From the IMG/VR virus record IMGVR_UViG_2606217110_000021: 17,367 bases of DNA. One strand, 5' to 3'. Below the pieces are notes generated by a model that worked only from the letters and a program-made list of their open reading frames with translations, was not told the origin of the DNA and ran no database searches. The number at the start of each line of letters is the position of its first letter. The first letter of the stretch is position 1. This stretch comes from a virus (Duplodnaviria; Heunggongvirae; Uroviricota; Caudoviricetes). Position numbers and translations under genes: made by a program. Positions 7,958 to 17,367 of this stretch are shown in pieces.

Positions 7958-8025
7958 AACCACGCTAGCTCTACCCTGTGCCACAAAATGTCAATTTGCA
8001 TCTGAACTAATGCACTTTAATCTCG

Positions 8026-8448
8026 TCACTTCAATAAATACCGAACATCACCCTGATAAAACGACAATATGCGCTGCATAACTTCACTCTTCCGGCACTC
8101 GCGACAGATTATGTTCTGACGCCTGTCGTAGCGACGTATTTCTCCGTCAGGTAATGACCAGATAAGGTCCGGATCAACCGCAGATGGTTTCTTCAGCTTT
8201 GCCCTTGAGAGCTTTTTACGGGCATTTTGCCAGTCCTTACGCGCCTGTTCAGACGGGAATAACCCGTAACCAGAGTTGTATACATCGCCGCTGGCAACCA
8301 GCTCTCTTGCGAGAACGCTCATCAGATATCTTGTCGCATCTGTCTTGACTTCCAGTTGCCGTAACGTCTCGCGTCCACTCCGGCGTACTAGCTCAACAAC
8401 CTGCCCTTTAATTTTTTCCCGCTCTTCCTGTGTAAAAACTTTTGCCAT
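8026..8448 (-). CDS. hypothetical phage protein
   Basis: The ORF track gives 8026..8463; the likely start is ATG at 8448 (MAKVFTQEE...) with GGAGG at 5 nt. Basic protein with a CxxC pair (ICRECRK). It abuts the upstream gene. Confidence 0.7.
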   Translation of the reverse strand: MAKVFTQEEREKIKGQVVELVRRSGRETLRQLEVKTDATRYLMSVLARELVASGDVYNSGYGLFPSEQARKDWQNARKKLSRAKLKKPSAVDPDLIWSLPDGEIRRYDRRQNIICRECRKSEVMQRILSFYQGDVRYLLK

Positions 8449-8463
8449 AAGCGCCTCCGGCAA

Positions 8464-9225
8464 TCACTTTTCCGATACAACACGGCGGGAAGAATCAGTA
8501 ATTTGTCGAACAATATCCCGGTGCTTGTTCAGCTCCCGCAGCGCGGCGCAGACTCGCTCCCACTTCTGGACATGATTTTTCGCCCGACGCAGTTCACGAT
8601 TTGCCATATGCAGCGATGGTAAAATCAGGTTATCCGCTTGCGTTTCAGTAAACGATGGCAACGACTGCACAATGTCCGCCACAGTTTCTGTTTTAATATC
8701 TTCCTGTGTTGCAGCTTCCTGTACTGGTAACGCAACACCGGCTGGCTGAGGAAAGGCTTTACCATCAGTTTCCGCTACCGATGCAGCTTTCGGCTCTGCT
8801 GGTAAATTATCGCCCGGCATGCAGTAACGAAATTTACCGTTCTGATTAACGCGAATCAGACGACCTTTACTGATTGCCATTGCCAGCGTTGAAGCCACTT
8901 TGCGTGATGTGATGCCGAAAAACGTAGCCAGTTCATCCGCCGTTTGTGGGCCACGTTGTTCAATCGTCGCAGTTAAATCGCACTCCGAAATTTTTGCGAC
9001 TGTTGCCGTGGTGGTTTCTTCCGGCAGTTCTGCCTGCTCTGGCTGTTCCTGCTGAACGTTGTTATCAGCCACGCGCCAGGTGTATACGCTTTTATCAACG
9101 AAGCCAGCCTTTTTCAGTTCCCACAGCTCGTTCAGCACTTCTTCACGACTGATATCAAGTCGCGCAGCCAGTTCTACCGACGTAGCTTTCCCCATTGCTT
9201 TCAGTGCGTCAAAAACAGTCTCCAT
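8464..9225 (-). CDS. phage protein with N-terminal winged-helix-like domain and acidic linker (DUF1627-like, tentative)
   Basis: The ORF track gives 8464..9276; the likely start is ATG at 9225 ([45 protein letters not shown]) with GGGAGA upstream. This start avoids overlap with the DnaC-like gene. Confidence 0.7.
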   Translation of the reverse strand: METVFDALKAMGKATSVELAARLDISREEVLNELWELKKAGFVDKSVYTWRVADNNVQQEQPEQAELPEETTTATVAKISECDLTATIEQRGPQTADELATFFGITSRKVASTLAMAISKGRLIRVNQNGKFRYCMPGDNLPAEPKAASVAETDGKAFPQPAGVALPVQEAATQEDIKTETVADIVQSLPSFTETQADNLILPSLHMANRELRRAKNHVQKWERVCAALRELNKHRDIVRQITDSSRRVVSEK

Positions 9226-9247
9226 TAAATTTTTCTCCCGGTAAAAA

Positions 9248-9994
9248 TTACTTCGCAATTCCTGGCTGGACGACATTCGGACGCCAGCTCTCCCAGTTAA
9301 AATTCACCCATCGCCCGCCGTTCATGGTCATGCGATCCATAATCCGCTCGCCGAGCAATGTTTTCATGGCCTCATAGTTCAGGTTTGTCAGCATTCCCAC
9401 GCTACGCATCGACGCTGTCCGTCGATCAATAATCTGGTGCAGTACCACCTGCTCGTTTTTCGTCTCGCGCTGAATGCCAATTTCATCAAGAACCAGCAGA
9501 TCCACTTCGCACAGTTCCCGCAAAAATTTTTCGCCTGACTGCCCGTCGTCATAGCTGGCGTGGAGGGCACTCATAACATCAGCCACGGTAACCACAATCA
9601 CTGTCTGACCGTCTTTCAGCAGGCGATTCCCGATAGCTGCCGCTAAGTGATTCTTCCCGGTACCAGGTTTTCCGCTGAACGCAAAATTTGTACACCCGGT
9701 CATCAGTTCATCAGCGATGGATTTCGCCTGACTCAACGCGTATCGCTGCCCTTCGTTCTGCACCTGGTAATTCGAAAACGAGCATTTGCGGTGCAATGGC
9801 TGGATGCCAGAGCGATTCAGAATTTTTTCCACCCGCAACTGACGATTCTGACGGTTGATCTCCTCACAACGTTTCTGGCCTTCGGAAAGTTGCCACTCGC
9901 GCCACTCCGCTACCGTCTTGAATGGCGCGGTTACATGTGACGGGGCCAGTCTGCGGATACGTTCAAGAACGTCGCCTGTCGCAATATTTTTCAT
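9248..9994 (-). CDS. DnaC-like replication helicase loader (IstB/DnaC AAA+ family)
   Basis: Walker [14 protein letters not shown] and Walker B LLVLDEIG. Overall similarity to E. coli DnaC as recalled ([31 protein letters not shown]). Confidence 0.9.
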   Translation of the reverse strand: MKNIATGDVLERIRRLAPSHVTAPFKTVAEWREWQLSEGQKRCEEINRQNRQLRVEKILNRSGIQPLHRKCSFSNYQVQNEGQRYALSQAKSIADELMTGCTNFAFSGKPGTGKNHLAAAIGNRLLKDGQTVIVVTVADVMSALHASYDDGQSGEKFLRELCEVDLLVLDEIGIQRETKNEQVVLHQIIDRRTASMRSVGMLTNLNYEAMKTLLGERIMDRMTMNGGRWVNFNWESWRPNVVQPGIAK

Positions 9995-10000
9995 GGTCAG

Positions 10001-10789
10001 TTACCCCCTGAAGCCTGGCGGGATCGCACTATCCGGTAACGAGACGGTGTTAACCTGTCGGAGTAACGTCTCAGGTCGAACACCTTTCGGCGCGAACAAG
10101 CCCTGGTATTCGTTGGCGATGCTGTGTCGAATCACCTGCTCAGGTGAAAAACCCTGCTGGCGGAATTTTTCCAGCTCCCGTATCGCCCCGTTAGCGCCCT
10201 GCTCCGTTCGAATCGGTTTTCGCAATGCCTGCCTGAACTGAACCCACTCATGCCAGAGTGTTTCCGGCAACCAGTCAGGCAGCTCGATAGCCTCCGGTTC
10301 GAATTTTTTAGACGCTCGTTTTTGGCGAGGGGGATTTAGGGGGAGATAAGTATTTATATCTTCCTCTTTCTCTTCCTCTGGTAACGCTTTTTGATCCGTT
10401 TTTGTAACGCTGGCAGCGTTACCTTTTCGTTTCAGTTCTCGTATTTTTGTTACTCTCTCGTTTGTAACCGCCCGTTTTTTAGAGCTTTTCCCGTTATGGC
10501 GCTCAAAGTTAGGAAGCGACAACACACCATTAGTTTCGACCAGCCATCCAACCTGAATTAACGCATCAGCAAACCCAGCCATAAAAGTGATGCGATCTAT
10601 TGCACTTTTTGTAACGCCGCGAGCGTTACACTCTGCGTTACCGTCTATCATTTGTTGATCCGCCCATGCCCAGAAGCGAATGACTTTCCCTAATGCGGCA
10701 TCTGGATCAATATTCAGAATCTCAGCAAGCCTGAATATTTCCGGCTTATCCGGCGTAATAACTTCGAGCTTTATCCAGTTTGAAGCCAT
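10001..10789 (-). CDS. replication initiation protein, O-like / YdaU-like (DUF1376 N-terminus)
   Basis: 262-aa ORF directly upstream of the DnaC-like gene. Contains GTAACGC palindromes within its coding sequence, analogous to ori iterons inside lambda O. Confidence 0.8.
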   Translation of the reverse strand: MASNWIKLEVITPDKPEIFRLAEILNIDPDAALGKVIRFWAWADQQMIDGNAECNARGVTKSAIDRITFMAGFADALIQVGWLVETNGVLSLPNFERHNGKSSKKRAVTNERVTKIRELKRKGNAASVTKTDQKALPEEEKEEDINTYLPLNPPRQKRASKKFEPEAIELPDWLPETLWHEWVQFRQALRKPIRTEQGANGAIRELEKFRQQGFSPEQVIRHSIANEYQGLFAPKGVRPETLLRQVNTVSLPDSAIPPGFRG

Positions 10790-10822
10790 TTGTTTTCACC
10801 TTGTAACGCTCGCAGCGTTACA
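10380..10822. repeat. iteron-like palindromes GTAACGC(N3)AGCGTTAC x3 plus half-sites (candidate origin or operator)
   Basis: Palindromes at 10403-10422, 10611-10629 and 10803-10821, about 200 bp apart. Additional GTAAC(G/C) half-sites near 10381, 10464 and 10635. An A/T- and polypyrimidine-rich stretch lies at 10344-10380. Confidence 0.6.
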
Positions 10823-10866
10823 TTTAACTGATACCGAACAAAACAGTTCGGTACGATTAATTTCAA

Positions 10867-11289
10867 TCAATGCACTACGACAGAATCGCTAGGAGAACCG
10901 CCGCCGCTGAAATGTGCTTTACGGTAAACGGCCTGGACTGCATCATCATGCGCATCAATTGCCGTACTCAGTGCATCCTGTGCCGCCAGTAATGCACGGC
11001 GTTCCAGGGTATCGAAGATGCAGAGTCGGTGACGCAGCTCGCGAGGAAGAATTGCCAGAACCGCAGGGATCAGTTTCTGAATTTTTTCCCTTTGCGCATT
11101 CGTTTCACCTTTCAACCAACGATGATAGATATTCTGCTGATTGTTCCAGTCCTTGCCTGGTACCAGGGGCAATTCGCCGCCCCCCTGGCGCAGATATTCT
11201 TCAGTAATTGCGTTAGCGACCCACGCCTGCCCTTTTTCGGCTGCCAGGGCTAACAACACTGATTCGATGTGCTCATGCTTGATTTTCAT
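10867..11289 (-). CDS. YdaT-like protein (CII-analogue of Rac-type immunity regions)
   Basis: 140 aa, matching the length of Rac YdaT as I recall it. Start overlaps the upstream Cro-like stop (ATGA). Confidence 0.75.
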   Translation of the reverse strand: MKIKHEHIESVLLALAAEKGQAWVANAITEEYLRQGGGELPLVPGKDWNNQQNIYHRWLKGETNAQREKIQKLIPAVLAILPRELRHRLCIFDTLERRALLAAQDALSTAIDAHDDAVQAVYRKAHFSGGGSPSDSVVVH

Positions 11290-11540
11290 GAATCAACTCC
11301 CATCAGCTTTTTCGTAGTAGTTTTATTTCTGCCAATAGTTAAAATTGCATCGGCAGAAAATAATCCGTTTGATGCATGAGCGATTTTTTCAGCGTAATTT
11401 GTTTCGCCGGTATATTCTGTGCGAGGCAATTTTCCGTTATCCATCCATTTGTAGATTGCTCTTTGGCTGACACCACAAACGTCGGCCACAACAGAAACGC
11501 GAACAGTTTTGATTACATCTTCAAGTGTTTTCTGGTTCAT
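11286..11540 (-). CDS. YdaS-like Cro-type HTH regulator
   Basis: The ORF track gives 11286..11612; the likely start is ATG at 11540 (MNQKTLEDV...) with GAGGGTG at 5 nt. HTH-like segment VADVCGVSQRAIYKW. Divergent from the repressor gene. Confidence 0.75.
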   Translation of the reverse strand: MNQKTLEDVIKTVRVSVVADVCGVSQRAIYKWMDNGKLPRTEYTGETNYAEKIAHASNGLFSADAILTIGRNKTTTKKLMGVDS

Positions 11541-11619
11541 ATCACCCTCACAATGTGAACTTTGAGTACATGCTATAACAGAACTGACAGTACATTCAAG
11601 AGCGAATATCATTGAACTT
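11541..11619. promoter_or_regulatory. divergent promoter/operator region between Cro-like and repressor genes
   Basis: 79-bp intergenic region with palindrome TCACAaTGTGA (11548-11558) and two direct AGTACAT repeats (11565-11571 and 11589-11595). Confidence 0.5.
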
Positions 11620-12039
11620 ATGGTTCATGAAGATAAAGCGCGTAAAGAGTTCGCCAGTAGGCTTGCGCTAGCCTGTGAAAACGCTGGTTATGAACAACAT
11701 GGAAGGCAGGCAGAAATTGCCCGTCGAATGAAATTAACACCAAAAGCGGTTAGCAAATGGTTTAATGGTGAAACAATTCCTCGCCGAGAGAAATTAAGGG
11801 AATTAGCAACACTCATTGGAACAACACCAACCTATCTTTTGGGAGAGGATACAGAAGAAAGTGGACAGATACGTTTCTATCAGGAGTTAAATCCAAGACA
11901 AAAAATCATCATTGACCTTCTGGACGAGCTCCCTGACAGTGAGACAGATGAACTTTTAAAAACTCTTGAGGAGAAAAAACAGAAGTACAATGCAATTTAC
12001 GAAGAGTTAGCACGAAAGAAAAAACAAAAAGCCTCTTAA
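11620..12039 (+). CDS. RacR-like prophage repressor (XRE-family HTH)
   Basis: 139 aa. HTH segment GRQAEIARRMKLTPKAVSKWFNGETIPRREKLRELA. Divergent arrangement with the Cro-like gene. No obvious SD, so possibly leaderless. Confidence 0.8.
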   Translation: MVHEDKARKEFASRLALACENAGYEQHGRQAEIARRMKLTPKAVSKWFNGETIPRREKLRELATLIGTTPTYLLGEDTEESGQIRFYQELNPRQKIIIDLLDELPDSETDELLKTLEEKKQKYNAIYEELARKKKQKAS

Positions 12040-12099
12040 ACCAGCATAAATCCGGTAGCGTCCCCCTCCGGGTTTGTGCTTCACTTTATCCCGTCTAAT

Positions 12100-12160
12100 T
12101 TTTTTATACATAAAATGTACTTAAAGTACTTTACAATGATGAACACAAAGTACATTATAT
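12100..12160. promoter_or_regulatory. candidate second operator/promoter downstream of repressor
   Basis: Palindrome GTACTTAAAGTAC (12117-12129). AGTACAT motif in inverted form at 12115-12121 and direct form at 12149-12155, the same heptamer as in the repressor/Cro intergenic region. Confidence 0.35.
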
Positions 12161-12326
12161 ACCTACCAACCCACCCCGCCCCACAGAACGCCGGGCAATA
12201 CTTCGAGTTACCAGGCAGTGGTCAGGGGTTAAGTAGCCAGCCCGAGGCGTATGAACATGACGGCGGGATTCAAATTTTGCAGTGCAGCAGTTAGTTCCGC
12301 CACCCGGCGTTAAGGGGATAGATAAG

Positions 12327-12461
12327 ATGGTGCATTACGAAGTAGTTCAGTATTTGATGGATTGTTGCGGTATCACTTACAACCAGGCTGTGCAGGCTTT
12401 ACGCAGCAACGACTGGGATCTCTGGCAGGCAGAAGTCGCTATACGTAGCAACAAGATGTGA
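12327..12461 (+). CDS. ydaG: small protein, YdaG-like (44 aa)
   Basis: ATG at 12327 with AAGGGGA at about 8 nt. 44 codons (MVHYEVVQYLMDCCGITYNQ...). Position and length match Rac ydaG as recalled. Below the ORF-track cut-off. Confidence 0.55.
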   Translation: MVHYEVVQYLMDCCGITYNQAVQALRSNDWDLWQAEVAIRSNKM

Positions 12462-12471
12462 GATTCGCAAA

Positions 12472-12627
12472 ATGCAAAAAATCGACCTCGGCAACAACGA
12501 ATCCCTGGTGTGCGGCGTGTTCCCCAACCAGGATGGAACGTTCACTGCCATGACGTATACCAAAAGCAAAACATTTAAAACCGAAACTGGTGCGCGCCGA
12601 TGGTTGGAGAAGCACACAGTAAGCTAA
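12472..12627 (+). CDS. ydaF: small protein, YdaF-like (51 aa)
   Basis: ATG at 12472, 51 codons (MQKIDLGNNESLVCGVFPNQDGTFTAMTYTKSK...). Converges on and overlaps the sieB stop by 4 nt. Matches Rac ydaF as recalled. Confidence 0.55.
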   Translation: MQKIDLGNNESLVCGVFPNQDGTFTAMTYTKSKTFKTETGARRWLEKHTVS

Positions 12628-13112
12628 CGATTAAAACGTCTACTCCTGCTGTTCCAGAATAACTTCATAAAATGGGAGTATTTTTCGGTGACAAGATAAT
12701 AAGAACAGTTTGCGCTATCACTCTGATGTTGAATGATGCCCTTCCGTTCTAATTTTTTCATAACCGGGTTACGGCAAGGAGAAGTGATAATAAGATTTCC
12801 TGTTTTAAGGAAATCTTTAAATACAGCGATTTCTTTCTCAGATAAACGAAGCAATACTCGTTGCTCTGGTAGTAATGAATAATGCTTTTGAATATGTGCT
12901 CGCAATCTTGAGAAGGAAATGGCGACCACGAAAGAAAAGGCAAAAACGATAATCTGAAAGAGCCAAGGTATTTCAGTATAAGCATTGAATGCGGCAGTAA
13001 ACTCTTTCGGTATCAGCCAGAGAGTGAGACCAAAAATGATAATCGTATACATAAGTCTTTCGAGTGGCTCGTTAGCAAAAAGTTTCAACAATGGAGTAAA
13101 TACATCCAACAT
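12624..13112 (-). CDS. sieB: superinfection exclusion protein B
   Basis: The ORF track gives 12624..13235; the likely start is ATG at 13112 (MLDVFTPLLKLFANEPLERLMYTIIIFGLTLWLIPKEF...), giving 162 aa with hydrophobic membrane segments. Matches Rac/lambda SieB as recalled. Confidence 0.75.
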   Translation of the reverse strand: MLDVFTPLLKLFANEPLERLMYTIIIFGLTLWLIPKEFTAAFNAYTEIPWLFQIIVFAFSFVVAISFSRLRAHIQKHYSLLPEQRVLLRLSEKEIAVFKDFLKTGNLIITSPCRNPVMKKLERKGIIQHQSDSANCSYYLVTEKYSHFMKLFWNSRSRRFNR

Positions 13113-13553
13113 ATCAATAACTCTCAACTGTAAGGGTATTGAAATGTTAACACAAGCTCTCGCTGTAGGGGTATAGCCGAGACCACCGAAGTCCGGAGGT
13201 GGTGAAATAAAACCGGGCACAACACGAAGGCGCATTTCCGATATCCATAAAGAGTCGGTCTTGTCTGTTAAATTTAAATGGTGGGAGTGCGCCTCCGGTT
13301 GTAAATAACGACATTGCTGTGTGTAGTCCTGGCGGCATCAGTTTTTTTCTTGAAGTTCGGCTGATGTCCGCCCTTTTTAAAGTGAATTTTGTGATGCGGT
13401 GAATGCGGCTAAGCGCACGTGGCACAGTTAAAAGTCATGTTAGTCCTTATTGGTTTGGGTGGGAAAGCCGACTGTAATTGTTAACTGGTTGCAGTCACCT
13501 GGAGGCACCAGGCACCGCATCAACAAAGTTCATTTGTAAAAATGGAGATAATT

Positions 13554-13775
13554 ATGATTGCACATCACTTCGGAACTGATGAAATACCACGTCAGTGTGT
13601 GACTCCTGGCGATTATGTTCTTCATGAAGGCCGGACATATATTGCCTCGGCAAACAATATTAAAAAGCGAAAACTATATATTCGTAACCTGACCACAAAA
13701 ACATGCATTACTGACCGCATGATTAAAGTCTTCCTCGGTCGTGATGGTTTACCTGTAAAGGCGGAGTCATGGTGA
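13554..13775 (+). CDS. kilR: KilR (FtsZ-targeting killing protein of Rac)
   Basis: The ORF track gives 13542..13775; ATG at 13554 has GGAG at 6 nt. The 73-aa product [45 protein letters not shown]... matches KilR as recalled. Confidence 0.8.
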   Translation: MIAHHFGTDEIPRQCVTPGDYVLHEGRTYIASANNIKKRKLYIRNLTTKTCITDRMIKVFLGRDGLPVKAESW

Positions 13776-13945
13776 TGACTAAGAAAATAAAATGTGCTTA
13801 CCACCTTTGCAAAAAAGACGTTGAAGAAAGCAAAGCTATTGAAAGAATGCTTCACTTCATGCACGGGATTTTATCAAAAGACGAACCGAGAAAATATTGC
13901 AGTGAAGCTTGTGCCGAAAAAGACCAGATGGCACATGAACTTTAA
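13775..13945 (+). CDS. ydaE: YdaE-like small Cys-rich protein (56 aa)
   Basis: ATG at 13775 overlaps the kilR stop (TGATG). Product [56 protein letters not shown] has four Cys. Below the ORF-track cut-off. Confidence 0.65.
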   Translation: MTKKIKCAYHLCKKDVEESKAIERMLHFMHGILSKDEPRKYCSEACAEKDQMAHEL

Positions 13946-14019
13946 TTAATTGACTATTCGAAACTGAATTTATGCCAGAAATGGCAGGTATTCGCTCAAC
14001 CTTAATTAAGGAGAAAAAC

Positions 14020-14295
14020 ATGATTACCAATTATGAAGCCACTGTTGTAACTACCGATGACATTGTTCACGAGGTGAATCTGGAAGGAAAGCGCATTGGC
14101 TACGTAATTAAAACAGAAAATAAAGAAACCCCATTCACTGTGGTTGATATCGATGGTCCATCAGGCAACGTAAAAACACTTGATGAAGGTGTCAAAAAAA
14201 TGTGCCTGGTGCATATCGGAAAGAATCTGCCCGCAGAAAAAAAAGCCGAATTTCTGGCAACTCTAATTGCAATGAAATTAAAAGGTGAAATCTGA
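14020..14295 (+). CDS. racC: RacC
   Basis: The ORF track gives 13972..14295; ATG at 14020 has AAGGAG at 6 nt. The 91-aa product MITNYEATVVTTDDIVHEVNLEGKRIGYVIK... matches Rac RacC as recalled. Confidence 0.75.
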   Translation: MITNYEATVVTTDDIVHEVNLEGKRIGYVIKTENKETPFTVVDIDGPSGNVKTLDEGVKKMCLVHIGKNLPAEKKAEFLATLIAMKLKGEI

Positions 14296-14300
14296 AAGAA

Positions 14301-14325
14301 ATAGCCTGCGTATGGCGCAGGCTAT
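14301..14325. other. perfect 10-bp hairpin between racC and recE
   Basis: ATAGCCTGCG-tatgg-CGCAGGCTAT, 6 nt after the racC stop. There is no U-tract on the plus strand. Confidence 0.4.
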
Positions 14326-14396
14326 GAACAGTGTGTATCCGGCAAGATCATTCACTGAACAAAACGAATTTTAATCTGAGTTGAGGTTAAAAAACA

Positions 14397-15272
14397 ATGA
14401 GCACAAAACCACTCTTCCTGTTACGGAAAGCGAAAAAATCATCCGGTGAACCTGACGTCGTCCTGTGGGCAAGCAACGATTTTGAATCGACCTGTGCCAC
14501 TCTGGACTACCTGATCGTTAAGTCAGGTAAAAAACTGAGCAGCTATTTTAAAGCTGTTGCCACGAATTTTCCTGTCGTTAATGACCTGCCCGCTGAAGGT
14601 GAGATCGATTTTACCTGGAGTGAACGCTATCAACTCAGCAAAGACTCCATGACATGGGAACTAAAACCGGGAGCAGCACCAGACAACGCTCATTATCAAG
14701 GCAATACCAACGTCAACGGCGAAGACATGACTGAGATTGAGGAGAATATGCTAATCCCAATTTCTGGCCAGGAACTGCCCATTCGTTGGCTTGCTCAACA
14801 CGGCAGCGAAAAACCGGTAACGCACGTTTCACGCGACGGACTCCAGGCATTACACATTGCTCGGGCTGAAGAACTACCGGCTGTTACTGCCCTGGCTGTT
14901 TCCCACAAAACCAGCCTGCTCGACCCGCTGGAAATTCGCGAACTCCACAAACTGGTTCGTGACACTGACAAAGTTTTCCCTAATCCTGGTAATTCAAACC
15001 TGGGACTGATAACTGCTTTTTTCGAAGCATACCTGAACGCTGACTACACCGATCGAGGACTGCTGACAAAAGAGTGGATGAAGGGTAATCGTGTTTCACA
15101 CATCACTCGCACGGCTTCCGGTGCTAATGCTGGCGGCGGAAACCTCACCGATCGCGGCGAAGGTTTCGTACACGATCTGACGTCACTGGCGCGCGACGTA
15201 GCCACTGGCGTACTGGCCCGTTCAATGGATCTGGACATCTATAACCTTCATCTGTCAGCGCCAATGATATAA
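14397..15272 (+). pseudogene. recE: recE (exonuclease VIII) 5' fragment, truncated by IS insertion
   Basis: The ORF begins [46 protein letters not shown], matching the RecE N-terminus as recalled. The reading frame leaves RecE-like sequence after ...DIYNLH (codon at 15249-15251) and terminates 7 codons later inside the IS left end. Confidence 0.65.
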
Positions 15273-15353
15273 GACAGTAATTCACCATTTGGATTGTCCG
15301 CTCCACCCAACATGTTGTTTCCTTAAGGTTCCTACACCACAAAGGGAACACTC

Positions 15354-17320
<1,967 letters not shown>

Positions 17321-17367
17321 TGACCAATAGCGGACATTAAAAATGGCGAAAAACGGCCAATAATCTT

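Noticed and set aside
9855-10241. 128-aa plus-strand ORF across the DnaC-like/O-like junction
   Set aside because: Antisense to two well-supported genes.
12076-12294. 72-aa plus-strand ORF downstream of the repressor
   Set aside because: Spans the operator-like repeats, has no SD, and its translation is low-complexity; the region is better explained as regulatory.
12399-13425. Track ORFs 12399..12617 (-), 12758..12985 (-), 12985..13176 (+) and 13147..13425 (-)
   Set aside because: They overlap ydaG/ydaF or sieB in other frames or strands, or lie in the sieB-kilR spacer without start signals.
13622-13864. 80-aa minus-strand ORF
   Set aside because: Antisense to kilR and ydaE.

Overview
This window reads as a segment of a Rac-like lambdoid prophage from an enterobacterium (E. 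coli-like), with one AT-rich accessory island that holds the most interesting candidates. All calls rest on reading the sequence and the ORF track by eye and on recalled protein families; no searches were run. From left to right: (1) a phage-21-type lysis cassette on the minus strand (Rz 5' end, SAR endolysin, dual-start pinholin); (2) two tandem lipoprotein genes whose C-termini closely resemble TolA domain III, sitting between Q and the lysis genes; (3) a late-control/nin-like block (Q-like antiterminator, DUF1364 YbcO-like, DUF1367-like) followed by hairpin terminators; (4) an AT-rich island of about 3.4 kb (roughly 4560-7990) carrying a 28-codon hydrophobic peptide, a YeaR/DUF1971-like protein and an orphan 455-aa protein with a HEPN-type Rx4H motif, which I consider the best candidate for an undescribed defence or abortive-infection function; (5) a replication module (DnaC-like loader, O-like DUF1376 protein with GTAACGC palindromes); (6) a Rac-type immunity region (YdaT-like, YdaS-like, divergent RacR-like repressor with AGTACAT repeats), then ydaG/ydaF-like small ORFs, sieB, kilR, ydaE, racC; (7) a recE 5' fragment cut by an IS21-family element (istA/istB) that runs off the window end. 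No tRNA, rRNA or CRISPR array was found.
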